Source: Vicugna vicugna (Eukaryota). Taken from it: a stretch of 64,000 nt of DNA. Where the stretch lies: contig MU061579.1 in the NCBI GenBank assembly GCA_013265495.1, positions 5,826,963 to 5,890,962 of the forward strand, given 5' to 3'. Position 1 is the first letter of the stretch. Every line of letters begins with the position of its first letter. The position numbers and the translations under genes are program-made. This document shows, piece after piece, positions 12,801 through 26,628 of this stretch. The notes under the pieces are model-generated. The model worked only from the letters and a program-made list of their open reading frames with translations. It was not told where the DNA came from and ran no database searches.

Positions 12801-15800
12801 TACAAATTCAGAACACATGCTGACTACAAGTTCAAAGTCAATGCAATGAGGCCAGTGATTTCTCACATTAAGAGTTAAGGTAAAAGGTCACACAGCACCA
12901 CATAAATATCTCAGCACTTTTTTCAGAACCATTTACTTTCTTGTGGTTGTAGCTCTGTCCCTTGTGCTCTTTTCTCCCCGTGTACCATCTGTCTCCTCTG
13001 CTTCATCTCACCTTCTTTCTTTCAACATTTTAAGCTACTATGACAAGAGTTAAAGATCATGGAAGTCATAAAATCTGGCTTGAAACCTTAGCTGATGTTA
13101 TGTTCTTTGAAGGTCCCCATAAGTAAAAAGTGTTCAAGTCCTTGGTGAAGAAATCATTGAAAGACAACTTTCCTGGATCTTTTACAACCCAGAAAAGCAA
13201 AGAATAAACTTTTCTTTCTAGGAAACAGCTGAAAATTAAAGTTTAAGTCCAGGAAATGTTCCATCCATTAGAGTTCATTACCTTAAACTGGGAATGTTTG
13301 GAAACTGCTTGTCCTAACAAGAGAAAATATTGTCTCTTAAGCATGAGCAGGTTATTACAAATGCTTTATTATTGTATTTATGATACATGTCATGTCCTTA
13401 CATCTTGAAACAACATCAGTGAAATCTGAGTAAGCATAAGGAAAGCTAGCTAGTCTGAAATGCTACCTATTTTCATTTACTAACTAGTATACATCACATT
13501 TAGATTTTAATTTTATGTAAAAAATGTGGTCTAATTTAAGTCAGGGACTTCACAGAAGATATGTCTTGTTGGCACCATGCTTTTGCAACATATAGAGAAA
13601 AGAAAATAATCAACTTCATTAAAATAATTTATTTAGCTGCATGAACATAAATGACCAGTTTAATCAACTTTAAACATCGAAATTTGGCATGTTTACCAAA
13701 TTTAAACCTAATATAGATGCAGAGTACTGAAAAACATTTTTATGTTACTTTACATACTTGTCATTAAAATATATCTCTACCCAAATATTACTACTATACT
13801 AGAGGTGACATTTTCCACTGTCTTTATAAGTAATCTTTGCTTCTTATCTTCCATAATTCAGCTAATGAATTGAACCATTTCCAAATACTTAAGTTCGATA
13901 TCTCAATTATCTTTTAATATTCCTGTTTCTCATTCTTATGCATTAAACCAATCAACAAATATTTACTGAGTCTCAAGCAATCAGGTTGAATAAAATTGGT
14001 AAGACAGATAAGGTCATTCTAGTCACGGATTTTTTTAAGTTTAGTATGGAAGATAATATTGCCTAAATATTATGTGTGATAAATATTTCAAAAAACAAGA
14101 ATGCTATGTGAGCAACATGTTACTATATGAAAAGTTGGTCCTTCCAGAGATATGTCATTTAAGCTGAGACCTGAAGCATAGGAAGAGTGAGCTATGTGAA
14201 GACATAAAGGACAAGATTCCAATTAGACAGAATAACTAACATGAATGCATTAAAATTAGGAGTGTGATGAGCTCAAAAAAAGGAAAAATAACTTTTTGGC
14301 TCGTGTGTGGAGAGCAAGGCAATCTTGTCTTGATTGCATCTACAAAGACTCATATCCAAATAAAATCACATTCACAATACCAGGGGCTAGGACTTCAACA
14401 TATTTTTTTAAGGGACAAAATCCAAAGTGTAAAGAGAATGGCAGAGTAGAAGGATGCATCACACCCTGGAAGATGTCATGGAGGCTTCTTGGAATCAATT
14501 TTTTTTTTAATTTTTCTTTTTACAATAATAAAACTCTTACCACTTCGGCTAAATTTAGTTAAGTCTGATTTTATCTGAAGCTAAAATGGCCTAATGATGT
14601 TCAGGATACAGGGAATTATTTTCAGAGCATTGTGATATTATCATGAGATTTTAAACAAAGGAGTAGCATAATCAGATATTTATTTTGCAAAGGCTGCAAA
14701 ATCCATTTGGCCCCCAAGTCCTCTAGAATTTCTTTCTAAAGATCTTCTAATTTATAACTGGCCCTATTGAGTTCCTGATTACTTCACTTATACATGAAAT
14801 GCCAGTTTTAAGACTCTTTACCTTTCCCCTTCAGTCTATTCAGAACATCAAAATAATCTTCCTTAAATAACACCTAACAATTCATCCTTTCAATCAAAAG
14901 TCTTCCATAGTCCCCATTGCCTTAAGGTTCTTGGAGCCCTCTTAAATCCTGGCTTCAAACTACATTTCCAAAATTAAATCCAAAAGAGGTGGGCTTTATG
15001 TTAAAGTAAATATCATAGTTCATCACTGAGTAGCGGTTTAAACCTGTGCATTTGAGAAAACTGTAAGAGGAATTATTAATAATAATTTATTGGAAGAAAC
15101 TCAGAGCAACAACCAGTTAAAACTTAAGCATAACACACCTATCTGGTGACTCCTATCCTACACTGATAAATAAAGAACAGCAAAAGGGAGAAAATGGATC
15201 CAACAATTCCTGAATTCTTGTTTTTCATGCAAAAATCATTGCATGCTAACAACTGATTAAGAACTAAGATTAATTGCCACCCAACATCATTAATGAAGTT
15301 ACTGTTTCAGAAGCCATCTAGTGTAGGCACTATGCCAAACATTTTATACACATTATTTTATTTAAGTCTAACAATAAGTGTATAAGACAAGTTATTATTC
15401 CCCACATTATAAATTAAGAAATTTGGCTTTAGAGTGATTGATCAAGTAACTTGCCCATCATCATGCAACTCTGAAATCCCAGAAATGGTTCTACTAAATC
15501 TTCGTACCGGGGTCATAAACCTATAGTTTTTTCTTCACCAAAAAGACCTTCTTTTCTTGACAAAACCATGTCACTCTTTGTGCCTTCAGCTTCCTCTAAT
15601 AGTCCAGTGCCAGGATTCTAGATAGATTATAAAAATTGCACCTGTTACTGCAGTAATGATGCATATATGTATGTATGTACCATGGCTTCAGATAAAGAAT
15701 TTTGCTATTAGTATATTTCAATACTTAATATTCAAATAAATTCAAAAAACATATTTTGTCCCAGAAAGGAGGGAAGAAGAGGACAGTAGAGGAAGAACAA

Positions 15801-17789
15801 GGTGAGATTAACAGATAAGGCAATGAGAAAGCAGTTTCTAGTTAATATGTATGAGCTATCAGTATTGATTACAAAGAGATAAGGGATATTATGGTATAGA
15901 GATACATGTCCTGCCCTATTTGAAGATAGCATTTAAAGTGTGGTATTCTTCAATAAGCATTCCAAAGTGTTAGAACTTTGAGGTTTGAATTTGAAAAAAA
16001 GATTGGAAAAGTCTAGAAGAGATTTTTGACTCTTTTTCAAGTCATCCCCTTTCCATTAATTAATTAACTTGTAGAAAGTAAAAGATTATATTTCACAAAC
16101 AACTGAGGGATTCAATTTCCTTGGCTTAATATAATTTTGAAGAAAGTGTATTTTCAAAAAGAGAAACAAGCAAACAGGCAAACAATTATTCTAATCTATC
16201 ATGTCATGTCTAATCTTGACTCTATGCTGTATTGACTTTTGAAGAGGAAATTATAGTCCTGATATAAATGCTGTGTTGAAATGTCCTAGTCTTCACAGAA
16301 GGGCAATATAAGAAAGAAACCTTAGGTAGGTGAAGAACTATCTTCTTCCCAGCCATACGTTTACTTGATCATGAAGGGCAAATAACAACACAGCTTTATG
16401 TTGTTTTACGAAGGCTATGCATTAGTTAAAGGCTAGATTGCATCCCTAAATGTCAAACAATTGAAAATAGTCACAGGAAAGTGGTGATGGCTGTAAAGAA
16501 CGTTGTAGTAAGTTCAACAAAAACTGGAAAGAAGAAAAAAGTCTGTCTTCTATGTATATCAAGATGACTCACTTAGGAAGTCATTGTGGGTTTATAAAGC
16601 CTGAAAACGTTTTCATAAGCTTTTCTTGAAGTACTTTCTCAATGATCCAGGTTCTGCAAATTCCAAATGAATCACTAACCCAGCACTGTGTGTGTCTGTC
16701 AGTGAGTATGCATACAATATGGACATGGGAGGTATGAATAAATGAGATCTATGTGCTGAGTTAGCAAAGAGTGATAGGGAATTGGTACTAATGCTTTTAC
16801 TACAAGAGCATTGACTTCTGGGGTTTCTACATGCTCTCTCTACTTTTATATTTTCAAAAGCTACATGAATGCCATCAACCCCATAAAAATTCAATAACAC
16901 ATATATCTTGCTTAAACAATAAGCACAGTGGAAACCATTTTTAGAATATATATGTATATACACATTACTGAATGTCATTAAAATTGCTTAATCGACTTGA
17001 ACTCACGTATACCTATATCACTTCTTCTTCTGAGGTTTTCAGAGGCTGAGAGTGTGTTTTGAGCAAGGAAGCAAAAGAAGTCAGAGGAAACAAAAGTGTT
17101 CTGTTTGGAGAAGTCTTTTCTAGGCCTTATTGTGTCTAAACGTCAGGCTCAAAAAAATATAGCAATCAATGCAGTGCACGTTTTAGTAAAATCATCCTAG
17201 TTCTAGATCAAGACAGATCAAGACACACATGCCCTGAAAAATTACACTCATATCATAATTTCATATCTTGGGCTAAAGTGTGAGATTTCAGGGAAGGGTA
17301 GAAAATTGCTACCATTTTATTTTTTCCTTCTTATTAAAATAAGCAGGCTTTTCTATGTTTAACTACTTGGTATACAAAGCTATTATCTGGTACAATGAGA
17401 AAGGCAATGGAATAGATTGGAAAGAAATACTAATTCCAAATTACATAAGCCAACCCAGAAGACATTAAGTGATGGCAGCACTCTTGGTGTAGATCAGCAT
17501 TTCCTGATTTCTCTATTAATATCACTGACTCAGTGTATTCCAGAGGGATCAGGACACTTTTCTACTCCATGAGAAAGGTAAGTGTATACTGGTTTATAGG
17601 GACAATTAGGTATGAAATAGGGAACCCAACTTTCCTTCCTACTGGAGGAAGAACTGGGATTTTTATCAACAGGAGAAGATGCAAAGGTCAGTCTTTGAAA
17701 AGTAAATACCCTAAATGTACATGTACACATACTTATTAACAGAGCTTCTGGAAATATTTTTGACTTTTTTGCAGTGGCCAGAATTATTC

Positions 17790-18230
17790 TGATAATAAAA
17801 CCAGTCAAATATATTGTAGGCAAAGACAATTATAACCCAGTGACCACATGGACATAGATGCAAAACATTCTTCAGGTATTAACAAATAGATTCTAGTAAT
17901 ATATTAAAAAAACAAACCAGGATCATGTGGGTTTTATTCCAGGATGGTAAGGTTGGTTTACTACTTTAAAGTCAAGTAATGTAATTCATTAAGTTAGCAG
18001 AAAAAAGTAGAAAAATAGTATATGAGCATGTCAATAGGTGCAGAAAAAACATTTGACATATTCAACCTTCATTTGTGAGAAAGCAGCAAAATCTCAGCAA
18101 ACTAGGGCTGGAAATGGACTTTCTCAATCTGCTATGGGCATCTGAAAAGCCCACAGCTCACATCACATATAAGGATGAAGTATTTAATACTTTCCCTATA
18201 AAACTGGGAGAAAGGCAAAGACATGCATTT
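17790..18230 (+). mobile_element. Ancient L1 ORF2 (RT region) fragment
   Basis: Degenerate sequence for YRPISL.NIDAKIL / QVGFIPGMQGWF / SIDAEKAFDKI (TCAATAGGTGCAGAAAAAACATTTGACAT) / KPTA.I. Confidence 0.8.
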
Positions 18231-18860
18231 TCATGCTTCTGTTTGACTCACTGTCTGCCACCCTTCCCATGTCCCTCTATGTTATTTCCATTCAACTTCA
18301 TGATAGCAAATAGAGCCTCAACCCCATTGTCATTTCCACATGAAATACAAACAAGCTGCTAAATTTATTTTCTTTGCTAAGAACTTGAAATGTTGCAAGA
18401 GTACACTCTGATTAGTTTTGACTTACGTGGTTCTGAAATTTCTTGTGCTTCCTACTTCAGTATAATACTGCTAAAGATATGAGGCTTCATGAAGAATGGA
18501 ATAGGTACAGACTAAGAATTTACGAGTCTAGTGTCAGTCTGAGAGTCCTTACTGAATTTTCTGAGTCTCTGTTTTCCCATTAGGTTAAGTGCCATGAATA
18601 AAAGTGTTTTAATAAGAAACAAATTAAGATGATGTGTAAAAATAGCAAATTTTAAACTGCATAGTGATTTTTCTCAAATAAAATGCAATGCTAGAAAAAA
18701 AATAGAGCATCCATTCTCTTCTGTTGGTAAAACAAAACAAGGAAACTAATATTTATGAAACATTACAATGGGTCAGACATTATGCTAGATATTTTATATT
18801 TGTTGCTTTCTTAAGCCTGTAGAACAACCATAAAAGATTGTTTTTATATTTCAAGTGAGA

Positions 18861-18908
18861 AAATGAAGGCATAGAGTAATTAATAAATGAAGGCATAGAG
18901 TAATTAAT
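18861..18908. repeat. Perfect 24-bp tandem duplication in a MIR-like relic
   Basis: AAATGAAGGCATAGAGTAATTAAT twice (18861-18884, 18885-18908). Confidence 0.9.
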
Positions 18909-21770
18909 AAAGTCATTGACATAATATCATAATGTCATCATGAACAGATTCAATGATACAGGTATTATAGGAGACAATGCCACTAAAATGCTTATAATGA
19001 CTACAACATAATAGGCACTCAAAAGATATGAGCTTTATCATTGTTAACATGATAGTAATAATAATAACAATAAATATTCCTTTAAACAGAGAAATTAAAA
19101 ATGCTTGAGACAAAGAGGAAGCATTGGAAGTTCTACCATATATTTTGGAAAGTGACTCTGTGACTATAGATTTTATGGAATCTATTTCTGCTCCATTGGA
19201 AGGGCTGTGCTCTTCCATGTGCTCTTGCACATGAGTCAAAGGCCTTTTGAAAATCATTAGTAATAGGGAGCACTTTACATATATTTATCAAGTGCACTAA
19301 TGGCTTTTTTTTTTTCATTTTCACAGAAAAGTAACTTGCAAGGACACAAGGACAAGTTGCAAATACAATGTTCAGAAAAGTGACACTGAAAGACTTAGGA
19401 GCCATAAGAAAAATATTTATTGAAATTCTGTGACTATTAATAAATCTGAAAAGAATGAGCTATTATCAAGAGGCAAAATCAAGACACTTAGCCCTACTCT
19501 TTTTTGGACTCAGCTCCGTAGGTCTGGCTTTCCCAGAAGTAGCCCCTAGAATTCTCCTGGGACTACTTTGTCCCCAAATCAAACATCACAAGCAAGCATG
19601 CATTAAGAGAGATGGTTTGTTTGTGCTAAGAATAAAGAAAATGAAATGTAATACTAGTAACATAAACCTTGTCAAAGACATTTCAATTTTCATCATTAGC
19701 ATTAATAACAAAAATGGTTTCCCCATCTATAACTATATTGAGCAAAGCTGTATTCTTCAAATATCTGAAAAGGATAGAAATTGAAAGAAATTGAAAAAAG
19801 AGCTGGTTTGACCCTGGAAATGTGAAATCCCAAGTGTCAAGAGAAATCATATTTTCATAGCTCAGTTAGGAATCCCTGGAAACCAAGATCTGGAAGAAAT
19901 CTTAATAGATCTTTAAGATTTTAGGAAAGGTAGTTGATACTGCCCTAATAAAAGTTTAAATTAAGAACCCACATATGGCATATAGCAAGCAGAAACCAGT
20001 TAACAGTGCCCAGGCTCATTTCCAAAAGAATTCAAGGAGTTCTGGCAGGCCAACTGGATTTATAAGGTGGTAAATTAAAAAATAATAAAACATCGATCTG
20101 TCAGCATAAGTCTGATTGCCAAGTATACGGCCATTATTTTGCAATTAGTGTCACTTACTGAAATAGCACTTTCAGAGTGATTCAGCCCTTAGCCACATTT
20201 TCCCAGAGCATTTCCTTCCACCAGTTCTGAAAATTGCTACTGAAATAGTCACCCAGTATTAAATCATTCTGTCAATTTGCAATGGTGAGAACCTACTCTC
20301 TCTTCTGTTCAACACTTACAAGCGCCCAGACAGTACAACATGTAACTTCTTTCACAAAGTCATGATGTTTTGCAGCAGCCCAAAGCTTCTAGAAAGATAG
20401 AGAGAGTTTCCTCTCAAATATGTGTTTCTATCATATCCCATCCATTAGAAGCAAATCTCAGAGCCCGTCATTCAGATATCTGATCTGACTTTGCCCATCC
20501 TCAGCATGATTAAGCAGCCCAGCTTTTCTGCTGTACTTTTTATCTTTAAACTTTACTTGTCCTGTTTTTCCTTGCCAACTGCTTATGCAAGGGATAGCTT
20601 TATTATTAAATAAAGGTATATTAAAAAGTTAATTATTTTTATCTTTAGCCCTCCTAAGTGGTATCTGCATTTCAAAAGATGATTCAAGCTATTACGGTTC
20701 CATGGGAAGTGAAGACAGGGAACGGATATGCACGGTTCTGCAGAAAGCTGAGCCCTGCCAAAGCTGAGAGGATAAAAATAGGCTGAAGCCCTTTCCAGCT
20801 TCATGTGCAAAGCTGAGTACTCTGAGCAGAGTCATCCAAAAAAATGGAGTCCCTCATTCTTATTCACACAAGCAGTTTGGGGAAAGGGAGCTTTTACTAC
20901 ATTGTTTGATGGTGTGTACAGATGTGAATTGACATTGTGCAGGTAGCTTGTCATGTTTTGTGCTCCAATAAAAAGGGTTTAAAATCTCCTTCCCAGTAAA
21001 ACAGTAAATGAAAGATGTTCCAATGCTACAGAGAGGAAGCAACCGTAAAATGCTTAGAGAGAGAGACAGCCTGCCTATAACACAAGCACAGCCAAGAGCT
21101 GCAAAATATACAGGAGAGTGTAAGAGCCTCTCGATGAGGGCTCAGTCAATAAAGACTTGTGTTTAAAAACCATACTGGGCTTCAGAGCTCCTAAAAATAA
21201 TGGCGGCTACGTAAATTTGAACCTCTTCACACATTGCTCTGAAATGACACAGATGGAAATCAGAGAGCAAATACAACTATTCTCAAAAATAACTTGGAGA
21301 CTGAGAATAGTACAAGCATAAGTGTATATGTAAGTCAATAAATAAACATCCAAATGTTGCAGAGCTGTCTCCAGACCCAATACCTAAGCAGGGTCAGGCC
21401 AAGTAGAGGCATCATGGAAAAGAGGGGACTACCAAAAGCCAGTGGCAGCAGAGAACACATAAAATTACTCCCCCAAAAGAGAAATGCCTGCATGATGTAG
21501 GGAAGATACTCAAAACATGGCCATGACCTAGTGAGTCAGAGCAGTGCTACTGAGGAACTGAAGAAGAGGACTTGAATATGTGCATAAGAAGAGTGGTGTT
21601 CTCCTGATAGGCAGACAGGATAGGGGGTCCTTGGAGAAAGAGAACCAGGCATGACTTTCTTGACATAAGAGAAGCCGTTTTGTGATCTAAGTCTGGCCAC
21701 CATGTTTGCTCTTGAACAGGTCTCAGTAATTAATGATTTGAAGGGAACAAAAGAATGCAAAAACTAAGAC

Positions 21771-21950
21771 TGTTATTAGACAAGTAACAATAGCAAAGAC
21801 AGTACATCAGTTGTAAAGACTCCTGACTCTGTTTCAATAACAATAAAGCTTAGCCTGGAGCACAAGATCAACTGGAATCTCAGGAATGTTGATGTTGACC
21901 TTTTCTGACCTTGATGACTTCAATCAACTAAAGCCTGGATTTTGTCTGCC
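21771..21950 (+). mobile_element. Partial ERV LTR (U3-like) abutting pol
   Basis: Begins TGTTATTAGA; AAGACTCCTGACTC...GACTTCAATCAACTAAAGCCTGGA resembles artiodactyl ERV1 LTRs; no TATA/R/U5 follows. Confidence 0.4.
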
Positions 21951-24890
21951 TTCAGATCAGACCCTACGCTTCCTCCTTTTCTTACTAGAAACTCTTCTTG
22001 ATTTAAATTGTTCTGAAGAGGATGGATCTTTAAAGATATCCAAGTTGATCTCTGGGCCACACATAAAAATGAAGTTGAATTGTAACTAAGTACAGGGCCC
22101 ATGTGTATTACTTGGAAAACAAAAACAAAAACAAAAAACTGTTTCCATCAGTAACTCAATACCCACTCTCCAGAGATACAGAGCAAGGGAATGAACCCAC
22201 AGCTGGGTGTACATGTCTTTACTTCCTCACCTGTAACACTCCACTCCTGCCAATGAACAAAGAAGGTAAATTTGACTCAGATGGGTACACAATCTATTGG
22301 TTTGTACAAGACCAACAAGCCATAAATTCCACTGTAACTCCTCACCATCCCATAGTCTCTAATCCAGTCACTGCACTTACCTCTATCCCTGCTGATGCAG
22401 CCTGCTTTACAGTAACTGATGTCTGCTCAGCTTTTTTTTCAATCCCATTGCATCTTGACTCTCAATTTCTCTTTGCATTTACACGTAGAGGGAGACAGTT
22501 AACATGGATGAGCCTACCTGAGGGATGTTATGAGTCTCTCTCAATATTTTCCCAAGTCCTTAAAACTGACTTACATTCTGCAGTTTTTCCCCAAGGCTCC
22601 ACTCTTGTTCGTATGTTAATGACGTTTTACTCTGTAACTGAACTAAGCTGGGTGCCCATATAGCTGAAGGCGCTGGCTGAACAAGGCCATAAAGTCTCCC
22701 AATCCAAACTTGAATGGGTACAAAGAACTGTTATAAACCTAGAACAGGAGATATCTCAGGGCATTTGAAAGCTCACCCCAAAGTGCTTAGAGTCAATTCT
22801 GTGCATTCCTCTCTCTGAAACGGAAAAACTGTTACATAAATTTCTCCAGGCAGCTAGCTGTTGCTGCCAATGGATGACTAATTTTGCTGCCCTTGCTAAA
22901 CCTCCGTAAGTCATCCTCCCAGATAACACTTCAGAGTCCATTTCCTGACCTTCAAAGGCATTAATCTCCTTTGATGCTTTAAAATTAACATGGCCCACAC
23001 CCCCAGCTCTCAGCTCTCCCAGTTTTGACAAACCTTTTCATCTCTGCTGCCGCACACATGATGAGATTGCTGCGGTATTCTAGGACAAGCTTTTGCCTCT
23101 CGGACACGTCCTATAGCATATTTCTCATGCCAATTAGACCCTGTGGCATCAGGTGTGCCCTCAAGCTTGTGCAGTAGCCACAGCTGCCACCTAAATTGAC
23201 AAAGCCAGTGCTCTTACATTAGGCTCCCCCATTCACCTTTATGTTCCCTGTGCTATGTCTGCCCTCTTACTAGTTCATAAGACACAGGACCCGTCTACAT
23301 GGTGACAGATCACCTATGAACATGTCGACTGAAAGAAAAAAGCACAATGGAAAAGCTGTGAGTTCAGTTTTTTGGGAGAAAACTACTGAGGACTATAGAC
23401 TGGGAGACAGCCTCTCAGATAGCTCTGAGGAGCTGATCCAAAGAGGTAAGGAAGGAGCCAGGATATAGATGATTTTTCTTCCAGCTGGGAAAAAATAAAT
23501 GTAGTCCAACATAGAAAGATCACTGGTAATCACAAAGAACAAACATTTCAAGTTAATGATTTCAGTGCTTTTTTATGTGTGGGAAGGTGCACCCCTTTTG
23601 ACTAACCCTTCCATCACCTTACATCACAATAACACCTCAAACCCAGCTACTTTACCCCCACTTCCTGATGATGGAGAGCCCCACTCTGTTCCACATGATT
23701 ACCTTGCAACTAGAGAAATGGTCTCAAAGCCACAAAAGAACCTCCTAGGTACCCCCTTAGACAACCAAGACTTACTTCTATTTTGTGATGATTCCTTTAA
23801 ACAGAATTTTCAGGGAAACTTAATACTGTCTTATGCCATAGTTTCCCCACATGGAAGCCTTGAAATATACTCTATCCTCTGTAAAATCAGCCCAAGCCGT
23901 TGAACTCAGAGCTCTTACTACATCTTATACATAAACAAAGGGGAAGATTGTTACTATTTACACTGACTCAAGATGTGCTTTTGGAGTCTGTCTTACTGTT
24001 GGCACGATTTAAAAATTGTGTACATTCTTCACCTCTGCTGGCACTCCTCTTGCTAAAAGGCACATCATTGCTGCTCTATTACAAGCTAATCACCTCCCTT
24101 CTAATATTGTCATTCTTCACTGCTTAGTCTATAGTAAGGAGATGCTACATCTTTAAGAAATGATAGGGTTAACAGGGCTGCTAAATATGAAGCCCCAAAG
24201 GGACCCTCTATCTTTTCTCCACCCAATTTTTAAACCTGCCTTTATCCCTGACTGATAGTTATTAACTATTAGGCAAATGCACCACAATCTGAAAAAGACA
24301 AATTGATACTAAAAGGTGCCAAACAGTTATCAGATGGATTACACATTGGTCCAAATGAAGGGCTATTCCTGTAGCCCTCTTTTTTTTTTTTTTTTTTGAC
24401 CTTTTGGCTAGCACTTATCTCCTATTCAGTGCAACATGTGTGCAGATGGGGGATAATTAAGGAACTAAAAGACAATTGGTTCTGCTCTAGCATCCACAAA
24501 ATTTCTGAACAAATTATTTCCCAGTACATCACTTGTAAATCTCACCAAATTTCTGAGAAATCAATATACCCTGTGAAGTCCTGCAAGGCCCACACTGCAC
24601 TTGCAGAACTCCAAATGGATTTTGTAGACTTACCTTCAGCTTTAGGCTATTCTCACTGTGTGGGTATTGTCTGCATATTTAGTGGATGGACTGAATGATA
24701 CCCAACTAGACATGCTGATGTCACAACAGGGGTAAAAAAAAAATTAATAACTGAGAATATCCCACCAGGGAATATTACCAAGGAACTCATTTTACAGCAG
24801 AAATAAACTTGCTTACAGTAATTTGAGGGTACTCAGTAACATTCCATATCCCATACCATCCTCAATCATCAGGTCAAGTGGAATGTAGAA
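21950..24890 (+). pseudogene. pol: Decayed class I ERV pol (RT, connection, RNase H, integrase), with frameshifts, stops and deletions
   Basis: QYPL, CNTPLLP, FVQD..AIN, DVCSAFFSIPLH.DSQFLFAFT, LPEG..ES (ORF 22103-22663); YVND (from YVDD) at 22612-22623; GHKVSQSKL; RPIAYFSCQLDPVASG; RNase H LFCDDS and IYTDSR; integrase QMDF, CIFSGWTE, QGTHFT, PYHPQSSGQVE. Confidence 0.93.
23323..23591 (-). mobile_element. Truncated MER41-like ERV1 LTR inserted antisense into pol
   Basis: Starts TGTCGACT; contains GAGGACTATAGACTGGGAGACAGCCTCTCAGATAGCTCTGAGGAGCTG; pol reads ...TYE on the left and LLTNPSITL on the right. Confidence 0.75.
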
Positions 24891-25056
24891 ATGTAGACAT
24901 GGAAAAAAATCCAGACAAATGACCTTAAAATAAGGATTTCCAGAGCCAGTGTTCACACTACAGAAGCAGACAGCATCACGCAGTAAGCAACTTTTCCCAA
25001 GAGCATGGATCAAGAAACTGTTTTCATCTGTTCCAACCCCTCTTTTTAAGAATCTG

Positions 25057-25057
<1 letters not shown>

Positions 25058-25097
<40 letters not shown>
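25058..25097. repeat. (CA)n microsatellite in the pol-env spacer
   Basis: Direct reading. Confidence 0.95.
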
Positions 25098-25224
25098 CAA
25101 AAACAAACAAAAATCCTTTTCTTATTAAACACTTACTTTCTTCTAAATTTATTGATTACTTATTAGAAAGTTCATTGGAGTTTGCTTGTTTCAATCAGTC
25201 CTACCCCACTTCTGAGTTTTGACT

Positions 25225-25840
25225 ATGGACTCTCTTTCAACCTGTGTCTTGCCCTTAGTAACCTTTACTTTTTCAATAGGTCAGGCACAAACCAAACACC
25301 CCTTTGTGCCAGTTTGCCAAACCTTGGCCATGTTAACTAATCAGTCTGGCTGTTGGTTATGCCAACTTCTAGATAGTGCAAAAGAACCTGAGCTAGTTCA
25401 TTTCTGCCAATCTGAACACCTGCTGGACTAAGTACAGAAGAGAGAGAAACTACCAGCATGGTATCTATGACTGAAGAAACATCACTCTGCCTCTTTTTTC
25501 TTCTGGTGAGTTATTTGGATCAACAAAATTTCTATAGAAGCTCAAGGGCTGTTCTCTGCGCAGATAAAGATGATAGGGGAAAACATTCCCCTTTGTATTA
25601 AAACCACTGGGCCTTTCCTGGGTGACATACCAGGTAAACTTGCTATCAAACCCTATGGTTTGATTCCACAGAGGCATCTTCAAACCTATCAAGGAAATTA
25701 AAAGCGACCCTAGCACTACCCTCTATGGCACAGATGTTTGCCAAATTACCAATTGTTTTGAATAGTTCTTAAGTTGCCCCTCCTTTTATTGACCAAACCT
25801 CATGCTCCTTCCTAAATCAATAAAAAGTAATTCATCCTGA
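25225..25840 (+). pseudogene. env: ERV env 5' remnant (signal peptide and start of SU); no TM region visible
   Basis: MDSLSTCVLPLVTFTFSIGQA hydrophobic leader, then LTNQSGCWLC (CWLC at 25351-25362); lies downstream of and co-oriented with integrase; right boundary approximate. Confidence 0.75.
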
Positions 25841-26628
25841 GTTCCACATTCATCATTGCATCATCAATCTCAAATTACATTTATATGCATTACTAAAAAG
25901 ATGAGTATAGTATAGAATACCTCAATGGAGACTATTAAATATACATACACATACACATATACATATCTTAAATGTTTTTAATTTTATAAAAATGTCCTAT
26001 TCTACATGATCATTTACTTTTTTTGCTTAATATTTTATCCCTAAGAGTCATCCACGTTATTGCATGTCATTTTGATACAGTCATTTTAACAGTTATATAG
26101 GAATAGTTATTGTGAGATTGCATCATTATTTAATCTATTCTCCTTTCCATGAGCATTTGTGTTGTTGTTGATAATTTTCAAAGTGTTTGCTATATTAAAT
26201 GTGGCTGCAGTGAATCTAGCTAAATAGATTTGTGAGTTCTTTACTAAATTAAAAATTTTAAAGAGCAAGAATGCAAACTATAACTCCTTTAGTACCAAAT
26301 CAGATGTTTGAAGAGAACAATCAACATATTTCTAGAAGTATCATGCTGGACCAAAAGAAGTCAGATTAAATTCTCAAACAGTGGCAATTAATTGAAACTG
26401 ACCATACATGCAATAAAGGAAAATATAGTTTAGTTGAATAACACATCTAAACCCTTCCAGTTCTTTATAATTTGCATCCGACATCTATCTCAGAAACACT
26501 TTGGGAAGAAGGCACAGGTTTTATCTATTCTTCTGTCACTAGTTGCTTACAGTATTTTATCTAAAACATAGCAAGTAAATCTTGAATAAAGAATAATTGA
26601 GTGAATAAATGGGTAAGTCAACTAGTAT

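Noticed and set aside
17535..17583. Plus-strand mini-exon ending AAG/GTAAGT
   Set aside because: Weak acceptor and no partner exons; isolated donor consensus sites are common
19950..21170. Repeat-free stretch that could be conserved non-coding DNA or a promoter
   Set aside because: No CpG island or distinctive motif cluster; conservation cannot be judged from one sequence
22103..22663. 186-aa RT ORF as an active or domesticated gene
   Set aside because: Frameshifts just before a mutated YVDD, has an internal deletion and non-ATG start, and the surrounding pol has many stops
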